DNA of 64,000 nucleotides, taken from the NCBI GenBank assembly GCA_964612745.1, contig CAZTCH010000001.1, forward strand, positions 77,387 to 141,386. The letters run 5' to 3'. Source of the stretch: an uncultured Candidatus Saccharibacteria bacterium (GTDB taxonomy: Bacteria; Patescibacteriota; Doudnabacteria; UBA920). This document shows positions 39,381 through 48,897 of the stretch, piece by piece. The first letter of the stretch is position 1. Every line of letters begins with the position of its first letter. The notes below the pieces were generated by a model. That model was not told the origin of the DNA, did no database searches, and was given only the letters and a program-made list of their open reading frames with translations. Made by a program: the position numbers and the translations under genes.

Positions 39381-41190
39381 ACTGTATTTCATACACTGCC
39401 AACACTGCTTGACCGAATTTGTTGCGCATTTCTGTTTGCAACTTGGCGTTGGGGTAAAATGCTTTAAACTTTTTTACATCGAACATGCTGGATTGGGTGA
39501 AGACCACTTGCATACCAGGGAGTAAGCCGTGAGGGTAGGTTGATTTGCCGCGGATAATGTCGGAAGGGGCAAGCCACGCATCTTCTGGGTCCACTTGCAT
39601 GTACGGCATGTTTTTTGGATTATCGACGCAGTTTGGTACACGGAATGCTTCGGTGCGGTCACAGGCACGTGCGCCATCTACTGTGGTGAGGTAGTCAACG
39701 GTTTGCACAGAAAACTTGTCGAGTACTAAATATGTAGTGTTTCTATCTCCATGCTTTTTCAAGTAGTCACTCACGACTGTTAAGTCACTGCGAAAAGCAA
39801 AATAATTTTCTGGGCTATGTGCTGCACCAATAAAATAGTGGGCGTACGTTTGGATAGGTACCCCAATAAAGAAACACACTGCAAGTATTTGCAAAGAAAT
39901 TTGCACTGCTCGTTCCATGCGCGGGCTGCCATGGGGGTGTTTGGTTACTACGTGCCAGACAAACGACCCAACGGTGTGCAAGCCATATGCGGTGATTATG
40001 AACACTGCAGGAATAGTCCCAATAGCTCTGAGGCCGTGGGGGATTCCTTCTGCAGTCGTAATGACCGGTAAAAGGAAAGAAACGAACCAGCCTGCCAAAA
40101 CAAAGCTTGGGTAATGTCGTTTCTGTTGGATAGGGGAGAACATGTAGCGCAGTGCATTCCAAATCACCAGTAACAACCCAAACGCAAAGAATGGGGAAAC
40201 GAGAGGGGAGAGGAAGGCAAGCCCAGAAATATTGTGTCGCCAGTTTAGGTCGCCTTCGGTAAAGTAGCCAAGAAAACTAACTCGCGTTACTTCCAGTACC
40301 GTGCCAATCAAATCACCCTTGTTCAGTTCTGGGTTAAATACGCTTACTTGGCCGCTTCTACCAATAAAGGCATCTGGGTGTGTGTAAAAATAGTGCGCTA
40401 AAGGAGTTATACAAATCGCAAAAGCAATAATTGCCAGAGCGGTCGCTTTCCAGTATGGCGAAAGAGTGGCAACGAGTCCTCGTTCTTTTAAGTGCGCAAG
40501 GAGTGGCCAAATAATGTACAAAGCAAGCAGTGGGGCGAGTACCCGATAGGCAATGTATGTGTAAAACCCAAGTGCAAAGCTTGCACCGAGCGCAATAGCA
40601 TATGCATATTGTGTTTTGCGAGGTTGGTCGCTTTGGTATGTTTTGAGGAGGAAGAGTACAGTGGCGGTAACAAAGAGCGGAATCATGTTTGCACGAAACG
40701 CAGTGCGAGAAAGTACTACATGCCATGTAGAAGTTGCCATGATAAACGTGGCGAGCAGGGCTACTATATTTGCAGATCCAACAGTTTGCTGCACTTGCTC
40801 TACCAATGTTTGTCTGCCAATTTGTACGGTGCGTTCTGCGTGTGTGTCTTCTTCTCTTCCGACTAGTTTTCTAAACAGAGCCTTTGTGACATAAAAACAA
40901 AGTACTGTGGCGCCAATGCCAACGAGGGCGGAGACGACGTGGTGCGCAAATGGGCTTCTGCCGAATAGCTTTACAGAAGCGTACAAGAAGTAAAAGAATA
41001 AAGCTTCACGACCATTGCCTCGTTCGTAAAACGGCTGGAAGAAGCCTTGGTCCATCGAGTTTATGTCTAGTCCATTTGCTGCTTCGTCAGGGAATAAACC
41101 GCCCGGAAGACTGCCAATATGGTACAGTCGAAAGAATAGAGCAAGGGCAAACGTGAGGATTGTTATGGCGAGAAATATCTTTTTATTCAT
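39379..41190 (-). CDS. GT39/ArnT-PMT family membrane glycosyltransferase
   Basis: PGGLFPDEAANG, GREALF, SRTAFR, YTYIAYR. Confidence 0.85.
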   Translation of the reverse strand: MNKKIFLAITILTFALALFFRLYHIGSLPGGLFPDEAANGLDINSMDQGFFQPFYERGNGREALFFYFLYASVKLFGRSPFAHHVVSALVGIGATVLCFYVTKALFRKLVGREEDTHAERTVQIGRQTLVEQVQQTVGSANIVALLATFIMATSTWHVVLSRTAFRANMIPLFVTATVLFLLKTYQSDQPRKTQYAYAIALGASFALGFYTYIAYRVLAPLLALYIIWPLLAHLKERGLVATLSPYWKATALAIIAFAICITPLAHYFYTHPDAFIGRSGQVSVFNPELNKGDLIGTVLEVTRVSFLGYFTEGDLNWRHNISGLAFLSPLVSPFFAFGLLLVIWNALRYMFSPIQQKRHYPSFVLAGWFVSFLLPVITTAEGIPHGLRAIGTIPAVFIITAYGLHTVGSFVWHVVTKHPHGSPRMERAVQISLQILAVCFFIGVPIQTYAHYFIGAAHSPENYFAFRSDLTVVSDYLKKHGDRNTTYLVLDKFSVQTVDYLTTVDGARACDRTEAFRVPNCVDNPKNMPYMQVDPEDAWLAPSDIIRGKSTYPHGLLPGMQVVFTQSSMFDVKKFKAFYPNAKLQTEMRNKFGQAVLAVYEIQ

Positions 41191-41228
41191 TTGCTTTTTA
41201 GTTCAATTTTTTGTATAATTATTTTTAA

Positions 41229-41570
41229 GTGACACTCATGACTCAGCATAAATACTATTTCATTTTGTTGTTTCTACTTGCCGTTGTTATACATATCATA
41301 ACATGGCTCTTAATTGTGAGTTATGCACCAACCAGTGGGCAACTCGTTCCAATCCACTACAACGTTATTAGCGGGTACGACGAACTGGGTAGCAGAGCAG
41401 ATTTATTGCAAGTACCAGTGTTTGGGATGCTCGTTGTGGTGGTGAATGCGGTCATTGCGTGGCTGTTTCGTTCAACTGGCCGGTTTGTGGGATCGCTTGC
41501 AGTAGGAGTGGCTTTAGCAGTGTCTCTGGTGTTGTTGCTCAGTACCTTGTTGCTTGTGGTACAAGCTTAA
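41229..41570 (+). CDS. DUF1648-like membrane protein
   Basis: VPIHYN..G.D..G motif between TM helices. Confidence 0.7.
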   Translation: MTLMTQHKYYFILLFLLAVVIHIITWLLIVSYAPTSGQLVPIHYNVISGYDELGSRADLLQVPVFGMLVVVVNAVIAWLFRSTGRFVGSLAVGVALAVSLVLLLSTLLLVVQA

Positions 41571-41591
41571 TTTTGAATATATCTATATTGT

Positions 41592-43259
41592 ATGTTTCGT
41601 AAACGCACGCTCACAGAACGTTTTTGGGAAGTACTCCCTGGTTTGCAGTTTTGGTCTGCTTTTTTAGGTGCCATTGCACTTGCAAAGTACCAACCTGTTT
41701 GGGCAGCGTTATTTATTATTTGTTTTGATTTATATTGGGTGCTCAAAGCCTGCAATGTTGGCTTGCACCTGCTTTCCAGTTACCGCAAGTTTCGTGTGCA
41801 TGTAACCATCGATTGGCTTTCGGAAGTACGTGCGATAACGACAGATGTAACGTCGTACATTGCGAAGCTAACACAACAAGCAGAGACGGATACTCGCGTG
41901 GTAGCGAGGCACTACTTTGCGCATGAAGTAGAAAGACTCCAAAAGCTTCTTGCTTCGGGTAAGACGATACGGTCGTACGAAGACATCGTGCATTTGGTGT
42001 TGTTTCCTTTTGTAGACGAGTCGGTAGAAGTGTTGTCTTCGACGTTGGACGCCATGCTCGCAGTGAACTACCCGAAAGAGAAGATCTTTATTATATTGGC
42101 GAGCGAAGGACGCATGGGCGAGCCTGCGCAAGAAACAGCCCGGATACTGAGAGAAAAATACGCCAAGCACTTTGGCAATTTCTTTGTCACCGTGCACCCC
42201 GATGGTTTGGAAGGGGAAATAAAAGGGAAAAGTGCCAATGCGAGCTGGGCTGTGCAAGCAGTTATGCCAGAGTTGGAGCGTTTAGGCATAGCTGTGCCTG
42301 ACTGTATGGTGTCGAACTTCGACAGTGACACGGTGGTGCACCCACAATATTTTGCGCGCGTGACCTACGAGTTTTTGACCGCAGAAAAGCCATATCGTTC
42401 CAGCTACCAACCAATCGCTATCTACAACAACAACATTTGGGACGCACCAGCATTTATTCGGGTGATTAGCGTATCCAACTCTTTTTGGCAGTTTACTGAA
42501 AGCAGCAGGCCAGACCGATTACGTACGTTTAGCTCTCATTCCATGACGCTGCAAGCACTGGTAGAGGTTGGTTTTTGGAAAAAAGATTTGGTGAACGAAG
42601 ACGGGTTTATTTTCTGGCAATGCTACTTGCACTACGAAGGGGATTACTCCGTCGTGCCTTTGTTTATCCCTATTAGCTTGGACACCTGTTTAGCAGAGAC
42701 AACGTGGCAAACGTTTAAGAACCAGTACTTACAAAAGCGTCGTTGGGCGTACAACGTAGAGTATTACCCACACTTAATTTGGCCACTCATACGTTCGAAA
42801 GCGCCATTTTGGGATAAGTTTTTGAAGCTCTACCAGTATGTGGAAGGGAACTTTAACTGGGCAACTGCTAGTGTTTTGATTTCTACGCTCGGACTTTTAC
42901 CACTGTTCTTGGGTGGTCCAGAGTTTTTGGATAGTGTTGTGGCGTACAACTTGCCACACGTGACCCAAACGTTATTGCGCGTGTCGTTGGTGTTTATTTC
43001 TGCGAGTGTGTACGTGAACTTGGTGTTATTACCTCCACGTCCAGCAAAATATGGCCGTTTCCGCAGCGTCATGATGTACTTGCAGTGGTTGCTAGTTCCT
43101 TTTGTGTCACTTATTTTTGGAAGTATTCCTGCGATTGAAGCGCATACACGGTTAATGCTGGGTAAGTATTTAGAGTTCTGGGTGACCCCGAAAGTTCGCA
43201 AAGGGGAGAGTACAGGGTTGACCATGAAAGAAATGCAAAAAGTTGGGGAGAATAAGTAG
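41592..43259 (+). CDS. GT2 family membrane glycosyltransferase
   Basis: KGKSAN, FDSD, VNED and QKRRW (QxxRW). Confidence 0.85.
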   Translation: MFRKRTLTERFWEVLPGLQFWSAFLGAIALAKYQPVWAALFIICFDLYWVLKACNVGLHLLSSYRKFRVHVTIDWLSEVRAITTDVTSYIAKLTQQAETDTRVVARHYFAHEVERLQKLLASGKTIRSYEDIVHLVLFPFVDESVEVLSSTLDAMLAVNYPKEKIFIILASEGRMGEPAQETARILREKYAKHFGNFFVTVHPDGLEGEIKGKSANASWAVQAVMPELERLGIAVPDCMVSNFDSDTVVHPQYFARVTYEFLTAEKPYRSSYQPIAIYNNNIWDAPAFIRVISVSNSFWQFTESSRPDRLRTFSSHSMTLQALVEVGFWKKDLVNEDGFIFWQCYLHYEGDYSVVPLFIPISLDTCLAETTWQTFKNQYLQKRRWAYNVEYYPHLIWPLIRSKAPFWDKFLKLYQYVEGNFNWATASVLISTLGLLPLFLGGPEFLDSVVAYNLPHVTQTLLRVSLVFISASVYVNLVLLPPRPAKYGRFRSVMMYLQWLLVPFVSLIFGSIPAIEAHTRLMLGKYLEFWVTPKVRKGESTGLTMKEMQKVGENK

Positions 43260-43570
43260 GGGGTAAGAGAGAATAGAGAGTAGAGGTTAGAGAATAGTAA
43301 GACAGGAATGAGGAGTTAGGAATTAGGTTGTCGTTCGACCCTGAGCTCACGGCCTAAGGGTAGGGAGTAGTAAAATAAATTCCAAATCTCAAGCACCAAA
43401 TAACAATAAATTCCAAAATCCAAAGTAAAAACTAGTAAGTCAAAACTGTAAACTTTCAATACATTTCAGTTTTGAGTTTACAGTTGCAGTTTTGCGTTTT
43501 GACCTTTCAGTTCTCAGTTTTATGCTTTTATTTAGCATTTAGCATTTAGCACTTAGCACTTAGTACTCGT
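43257..43570 (+). repeat. Mosaic repeat region (TAGAGAR, TAGGART, AAATYCC, TTTTGAG and TTAGCAY arrays)
   Basis: Read directly; TTTAGCATTTAGCATTTAGCACTTAGCACTTAGTACT lies just before the next ATG. Confidence 0.88.
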
Positions 43571-43576
43571 TCAACT

Positions 43577-44632
43577 ATGAACTACTTACTCTATTGCGGT
43601 ATTGCATGTGTGTTGGCACTGGTGATTACGCCTTTGGTGCGTAAGCTGGCTTTTCGCCTTGGGTGCGTCGATAGACCGCAGGGCGGCAGGCATATTCACA
43701 CGAAAGAAACTGCTTTACTGGGCGGTTTAGCTGTTATCTTCTCTATGGTGTTAGCGGGTGGACTCTATGTGCTTTCTGGTAGTTTTGATTTTTCTGTGGT
43801 TCCTACCAAATTTGTGGTTGGCATTGTCACCGGCGTGTTCCTGCTAGTGTTGGGTGGATTTTTTGATGATAAATATACGCTACCCGCTCGCTACTCGTTT
43901 GTGTTTCCAGCGCTTGCTGCGGCGGCGGTAGTAGCTTCGGGGGTAGGTGTGGGGATCACTATATTGACCAACCCATTTGGTGGCGTAGTCCACTTGGGTA
44001 CTCTGTGGTTGGGTGTGCCAATCTCCGCGGTCTTCGTGTGGTTGTGGATTGTAGGTATGACGTACACCACCAAGCTACTGGACGGCTTAGATGGTTTAGC
44101 TGCAGGAGTGTCGCTCATTGGTGGTTTGGTTATGTTTGCTCTGTCACTCACAGATAAAGTTAACCAACCAGTCACGGCAACCCTGGCAATAATTTTTGTG
44201 GGGGCACTTGCTGGCTACTTGTTTTACGCGTTTAATCCTGCCTCTATCTTTTTAGGTGAAATTGGCAGCACATTTCTTGGCTTCTTTCTCGCGGTGCTCG
44301 CGGTGTTAACGGGAGCAAAAATTGCTACTGCGGTACTTGTGATGGGGATTCCGATTTTTGATGTAGCTTGGGCAATTGTCCGCAGACTCTGGCGACGACA
44401 AAATCCATTTGTGGGGGATAGAGAGCATTTGCATTTTCTGCTACTCGATGCAGGGCTTTCACAGCGACAAGCGGTGTTGGTGTTTTACGCACTTGCAGGC
44501 TTGTTTGGCTTTGTAGCAGTGTTCCTACAAAGCATGGGTAAGCTGGTGGCGCTATTTTTACTTTTGGCAGTCATGGTGGGGATTGTAGGGGCTCTGGCGA
44601 GAGTGTATAGGAAGAAGACTAGTAACGAGTAA
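43577..44632 (+). CDS. MraY/WecA-TagO family undecaprenyl-phosphate glycosyl-1-phosphate transferase
   Basis: LLGGLA, GFFDDK, LDGLDGLA, NPASIFLG, DREHLH. Confidence 0.9.
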   Translation: MNYLLYCGIACVLALVITPLVRKLAFRLGCVDRPQGGRHIHTKETALLGGLAVIFSMVLAGGLYVLSGSFDFSVVPTKFVVGIVTGVFLLVLGGFFDDKYTLPARYSFVFPALAAAAVVASGVGVGITILTNPFGGVVHLGTLWLGVPISAVFVWLWIVGMTYTTKLLDGLDGLAAGVSLIGGLVMFALSLTDKVNQPVTATLAIIFVGALAGYLFYAFNPASIFLGEIGSTFLGFFLAVLAVLTGAKIATAVLVMGIPIFDVAWAIVRRLWRRQNPFVGDREHLHFLLLDAGLSQRQAVLVFYALAGLFGFVAVFLQSMGKLVALFLLLAVMVGIVGALARVYRKKTSNE

Positions 44633-44890
44633 CTAGTTGCGAGTTGCGAGAAAGATTAAGGAAAAGAGAGTAGAGAGTAGAGAATAGAGAGTAGAACTCA
44701 AAACTGTATTGCATTGAAGTTTACAGTTTTGAGTTGAAGTTTTGCGTTTTGACTTTTGAATTTTGAGTTAAGCTTGTGTTTATTTGTGCTTTTGATATTG
44801 TAATTTATTTGATATTTCGTGCTTGTTATTTGGTGCTTCTTGCAACCTACCCTCTATTTCTTCTAACTCTTCTAACTCTTCTCCTTCTAA
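44620..44890 (+). repeat. Mosaic repeat region (TAACGAG/TTGCGAG, TAGAGAR, 53-bp element at 44718-44770, TCTAACTCT 9-mers)
   Basis: Read directly; the array overlaps the upstream gene's stop codon. Confidence 0.88.
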
Positions 44891-44931
44891 AACTCTCCTA
44901 AAACTGGGCATTTTGGCTTACCACCCCTAAT

Positions 44932-44960
44932 TTGACATAATTTATACCAAAAGGTATAAT
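44932..44960 (+). promoter_or_regulatory. Consensus sigma70 promoter for rplU
   Basis: TTGACA-N17-TATAAT. Confidence 0.8.
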
Positions 44961-45028
44961 ATTTGGGCAATTTGTTGAGGTTTTTCTCATTTTTGTTTTA
45001 CGATAAATATTTTTAAATTCCTGCATTT

Positions 45029-45334
45029 ATGATCGCTGTATTCGAAACTGGTGGAAAGCAATACTTGGTTTCCAAAGGAACAAAAGTCCAGGTGGAAAAG
45101 CTCCCGGGCGTAAAAGGTGACAAACTTGTTTTTGACAAAGTATTGTTTACTGCTGAAGGTACTGATTACTCCGTTGGCAAGCCATACATTTCTGGCGCAA
45201 GCGTAGAAGCAGAGATCTCCAAGCAGGGCCGTGGCAAAAAGATCGAAGTGCTCAAGTACAAGGCAAAGTCCAAGTACCGCCGCAAGATTGGTCATCGCCA
45301 AGCATATACTGAAGTAGAAATCACCAAGATATAA
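45029..45334 (+). CDS. rplU: 50S ribosomal protein L21
   Basis: MIAVFETGGKQY; GHRQAYT. Confidence 0.97.
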   Translation: MIAVFETGGKQYLVSKGTKVQVEKLPGVKGDKLVFDKVLFTAEGTDYSVGKPYISGASVEAEISKQGRGKKIEVLKYKAKSKYRRKIGHRQAYTEVEITKI

Positions 45335-45340
45335 AAAAAC

Positions 45341-45365
45341 GACTCCCTCGAGGAGTCTTTTTTTA
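45341..45365 (+). terminator. rplU terminator
   Basis: GACTCC-CTCGA-GGAGTC followed by a T-run. Confidence 0.7.
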
Positions 45366-45530
45366 TAGCTTCTTAGCTTTCAGCTTCTTAGCTTACAGCT
45401 TCTCAGGCGAGCTCCTAACTCCTATCTTACTATTCTCTAACCTCTACTCTCTACTCTCTCATTCGTCATTACCCCCATCGTTACCTGTATTCCTAAAAGC
45501 TAAGAAGCTAAAAAGCTAGCAGCTAGCTTT
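45366..45530. repeat. Inverted TAGCTTCT/AGAAGCTA arrays enclosing a CTCCTAA/CTCTACT module
   Basis: The inner module is the near-exact reverse complement of 43266-43310. Confidence 0.85.
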
Positions 45531-46153
45531 TAGTATTCTCTCCGTCCTTCCATCGCGCGGGAGAGCGTAATTTCGTCTGCGTATTCTAAATCTCCACCCA
45601 TAGGAAGTCCGCGAGCGATGCGGGTAATGCTCAGGTCAGGGAATTGCGTGCGCAGCTGTTTGGAAAGGTGGAGCGCAGTTGTTTCGCCTTCGAGTGTTGG
45701 ATTTGTAGCAATGATTATTTCTGTAATAGGGGTACCGCTTTCTGCTCTGCTCGTTTCTATGCGGTGGAGTAGAGAGCGGATGTTTAGCTTGTCTGGGCCA
45801 ATTCCTTCCATAGGGTTCAGAACACCACCCAAGACGTGGAATGCCCCTTTAAAGCTCCCTGGTTTGTCTATAGCAATGGCATCCATGGATTCTTCTACAA
45901 CACACACCAGTTGCTGGTCGCGACTGGTGTTGGCGCATGTAGCGCATGTAGTGCTATCTGCCATAATGTGGCACGTGGCACAGTACTGCACCCCATCTTT
46001 CAGTCTACGGACACTTTCGGAAAACATGTCTAGTTCAACAGCGTCACGCTTTAACAGGTAAAAGACGAGGCGTTGTGCAGACTTGGGGCCAACACCGGGG
46101 AGTTTTGCAAATTCATTTATTGCTCGTTCGAGCGATTGTGGTAGGGAAGTCAT
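45530..46153 (-). CDS. recR: Recombination mediator RecR
   Basis: LPGVGPKSAQR, C4 zinc finger, HVLGG, ATNPTLEGETTA, GGDLEYAD. Confidence 0.97.
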   Translation of the reverse strand: MTSLPQSLERAINEFAKLPGVGPKSAQRLVFYLLKRDAVELDMFSESVRRLKDGVQYCATCHIMADSTTCATCANTSRDQQLVCVVEESMDAIAIDKPGSFKGAFHVLGGVLNPMEGIGPDKLNIRSLLHRIETSRAESGTPITEIIIATNPTLEGETTALHLSKQLRTQFPDLSITRIARGLPMGGDLEYADEITLSRAMEGRREY

Positions 46154-46175
46154 AATAAGAGGGCTAAGTAAAAAA

Positions 46176-46205
46176 TGCTGAGTGCGAAGTGCTTAGTGCT
46201 TAGTG
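46176..46205. repeat. 7-mer array (TGCTTAG family) at the 3' end of the four-helix-bundle gene
   Basis: TGCTGAG TGCGAAG TGCTTAG TGCTTAG TG; contains the gene's stop codon. Confidence 0.88.
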
Positions 46206-46550
46206 AATGCCGGAGATTAGCTTGTTGAGCATTTTCTGGATTTCTATGGTTAGTGGTAGTGCCTTATCGTTTGGAACTGTTGGATACATCATTTGTATAA
46301 TAAGAAGCTGAGTTTCCACTTCCGCAGCAGAAGCATCTGCAATTTTTAGGAATTGCTTAAACTCAGCTCTGCCATTTCTTTTGAAACCCTCTGCAATGTT
46401 TGAGGGTATAGAGATTGCTGCCCTTGTGATTTGAGCACTGAGAATGTATGTTTCTGTGCGAGGGAGCATATTTGTGATCTTGTAGATTTCTCTTACAAGG
46501 ACCATACCTTTTTGCCAGACAACTAAGTCTTTAAAATTGGTAATAGGCAT
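46200..46550 (-). CDS. Four helix bundle protein (23S rRNA IVP/Avd-like family)
   Basis: FKDLVVWQK, P..E.Y.L..Q..RAAISIPSNIAEG, F..FL.IA..S..E.ETQL; ATG at 46550 preferred. Confidence 0.93.
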   Translation of the reverse strand: MPITNFKDLVVWQKGMVLVREIYKITNMLPRTETYILSAQITRAAISIPSNIAEGFKRNGRAEFKQFLKIADASAAEVETQLLIIQMMYPTVPNDKALPLTIEIQKMLNKLISGIH

Positions 46551-46559
46551 ATTTGTAAT

Positions 46560-46584
46560 CACTAAGCACTAAGAACTAAGCACT
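46560..46584. repeat. 7-mer array (CACTAAG family) between dnaB and the four-helix-bundle gene, inverted relative to 46176 and 47994
   Basis: CACTAAG CACTAAG AACTAAG CACT; contains the dnaB stop codon. Confidence 0.88.
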
Positions 46585-47985
46585 TTCTTCTGTTGGGGGC
46601 GCAGACACGCTATTCATCACCGCTTGTGGGCTGGTGTCGAACGTGCGGTCGAGGTTTTTGAAGCTCGCTTTTTCTGCGTCAAAGAACAAGTCGACTTGGC
46701 CGACTGGTCCGTTTCTATGCTTGCGAACATGGATTTCTGCTACGTTTGGTCGTCTGGAGTCGCGACCCTTGTACATGTCTTCACGGTAAATAAACATAAC
46801 GACGTCCGCATCTTGTTCAATAGATCCAGATTCACGAAGGTCAGATAGCTGTGGCACTTTGTCTGGTCTGTTTTCTACGTTACGAGACAGCTGGGAGAGT
46901 GCGAGTACTGGTACGTTTAACTCACGAGCCAGAATTTTTAAGTTACGAGAAATTTCGCTTACTTCTTGTACGCGGTTGTCGCCACCTGCGTTCTTACCTT
47001 GCATAAGCTGCAAGTAGTCAATTACCAGCAAGCTAATACCGTGCTCGCTTTGCAAACGTCTGGCTTTGGTGCGGACTTCCATAACGTTGGCACCAGCAGC
47101 ATCATCAATATAAATAGGAGCTTCGGACAGCGCACCCATAGCTTCGCCCAGAAGGCTAAAGTCGTCGTCGGTCAGGTGTCCTGTTCGAATTTTAAATAAG
47201 TTTACGCCACTCTGGGACGAGAGGAGACGGTCTACCAATTCGTCCTTACCCATTTCTAGAGAAAATATAGCTACTGGCTTTTTGCTGTGCACACCGACAT
47301 GGCGAATAATGTCCAACGCGAGGGACGTTTTACCCATGGAAGGACGAGCAGCCAAAATAACAAGGTTGGATTTTTGCAGCCCACTCAGGAGTTTGTCCAA
47401 GTCCAAAAAGCCGGTTGGGACACCACGGAGTGCGCCTGCGTCACGGTGGAGCTCGTCAATTCGCTCAAACGTTTCGTGCAAAATAGTATTAATTGCAACA
47501 AAGTTTTGCTTTAAGTGTTTTTGCGAAACGCCATACAACCGTTGTTCTGCTGTGTCTAAAATGTCTTCTACTTCACCTTCTTCGCGGTAGGCGAGTCGGG
47601 TAATTTCTGTGGCGCTATCTATCAGTCTTCTGAGTGTTCCTTTTTTTCTGACAATGCCAGCGTAGTGCACCACGTGAGCAGAGGTTGGCACGGCATTTAC
47701 CAGACTGGTGATGTAGCCAGCGCCACCAGCACGTTCCAAAAGTCCTTGCTCTTCCAGCAAGTTAGACACGGTCAAGATGTCTATGGAAATGCTTTTTTCG
47801 AACAAATCTAAAATGGCACCGTACACCGTTCTGTGCCGTACATCGTAAAAATCTTCTTGAATAACTAAATCCGCCACTTTAATAATGGCGTCTTTGTCGA
47901 GCATTAAACAACCCAAAACAGATTGCTCTGCTTCGAGGTTTTGTGGGGGGAGTTTGTCCAGTGCGGAAATGGTGACTTGGTTCAT
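46576..47985 (-). CDS. dnaB: Replicative DNA helicase
   Basis: PPQNLEAEQSVLG, AARPSMGKT, IDYLQLM, LSDLRESGSIEQDAD, KHRNGP. Confidence 0.98.
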   Translation of the reverse strand: MNQVTISALDKLPPQNLEAEQSVLGCLMLDKDAIIKVADLVIQEDFYDVRHRTVYGAILDLFEKSISIDILTVSNLLEEQGLLERAGGAGYITSLVNAVPTSAHVVHYAGIVRKKGTLRRLIDSATEITRLAYREEGEVEDILDTAEQRLYGVSQKHLKQNFVAINTILHETFERIDELHRDAGALRGVPTGFLDLDKLLSGLQKSNLVILAARPSMGKTSLALDIIRHVGVHSKKPVAIFSLEMGKDELVDRLLSSQSGVNLFKIRTGHLTDDDFSLLGEAMGALSEAPIYIDDAAGANVMEVRTKARRLQSEHGISLLVIDYLQLMQGKNAGGDNRVQEVSEISRNLKILARELNVPVLALSQLSRNVENRPDKVPQLSDLRESGSIEQDADVVMFIYREDMYKGRDSRRPNVAEIHVRKHRNGPVGQVDLFFDAEKASFKNLDRTFDTSPQAVMNSVSAPPTEESA

Positions 47986-47993
47986 ACGGAAGT

Positions 47994-48018
47994 AGTGCTA
48001 AGTGCTCAGTGCTCAGTG
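47994..48018. repeat. 7-mer array (AGTGCTM) just upstream of the dnaB start
   Basis: AGTGCTA AGTGCTC AGTGCTC AGTG. Confidence 0.85.
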
Positions 48019-48193
48019 TCTAGTCAGGAAGAAGACGAAGGAACACTCCAGTTGTCTGTATGGATTGTAGCAATTTACCGGTAGAATAGCTATTGACTTT
48101 TGTGCACATTTTCTGCATAATACAAGAAAATGCAATGGTTTTTTTGCAAGCGCAAATAAAGCTGTTGTCCCCAAAAATCTGTGGAGGAGAATT

Positions 48194-48493
48194 ATGAGAC
48201 AAATGACAACTCGTGAGCACATCCTTTTTACTATTGTTCTTACGCTAGCTACTTACTTAATCTGCCTAGGGGTAGTCGATCTCGCTAAGCGGTATAACCT
48301 CAATATGTACGCGACTACACAAGGATGCCAGATCCAGTCACTAGTACCATTAGTATGCGCCGAGCATCCTGATGCTGCCTCTCACGGTTGCGCAAAAAAT
48401 GACGTCATTATATACCATATTTTGTGCAAAAATGGTCGAAAGGCTGTGTACAAAACTGCGAAAGATGGCTCCACTTGGAGCTGGAAAAAATAG
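48194..48493 (+). CDS. Hypothetical small Cys-containing membrane-anchored protein
   Basis: GGAGG SD; N-terminal TM; upstream TTGACT..CATAAT. Confidence 0.6.
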   Translation: MRQMTTREHILFTIVLTLATYLICLGVVDLAKRYNLNMYATTQGCQIQSLVPLVCAEHPDAASHGCAKNDVIIYHILCKNGRKAVYKTAKDGSTWSWKK

Positions 48494-48567
48494 CGCGGTA
48501 TTTGAACTGTGCTAACTAAAATCTCAACTCGCAAGCGTTTGCTTGCTTTTCCTTTGGAGGTCGGTTT

Positions 48568-48897
48568 ATGTCCACTGAGAGAGCTTTTATTGCATTCCTG
48601 GTCTGTTTTACGGTGGTTGCGTGTGGTTGCGTGATGGCGCTTTTATTTGTAACCCCGAGGACTGATCCTTCACCCGTGCCGGCTTACCGCTCAGAGCTGG
48701 AGCTAAAAATGAAGCCTAAAGGCTATGCTCCGGTTACTATTGTTATTCACCAATGCCCTGCTAGTCAGGACTGTGAGCCGGGTGACAGGTTGTGGATTGA
48801 AGGACGCACAGCTGGCGCAGACTGTTATTCTATTCACGCCTCAATCAAGACTGGACTGGAAGGCAGGGAGGTCAAAATTTTTCCTTGCAAAAAATGA
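48568..48897 (+). CDS. Hypothetical small Cys-containing membrane-anchored protein
   Basis: GGAGGT SD; N-terminal TM. Confidence 0.6.
   Translation: MSTERAFIAFLVCFTVVACGCVMALLFVTPRTDPSPVPAYRSELELKMKPKGYAPVTIVIHQCPASQDCEPGDRLWIEGRTAGADCYSIHASIKTGLEGREVKIFPCKK

Noticed and set aside
46200-46550. Diversity-generating retroelement (Avd-like gene)
   Set aside because: No reverse transcriptase and no TR/VR pair differing at adenines were seen in the window.
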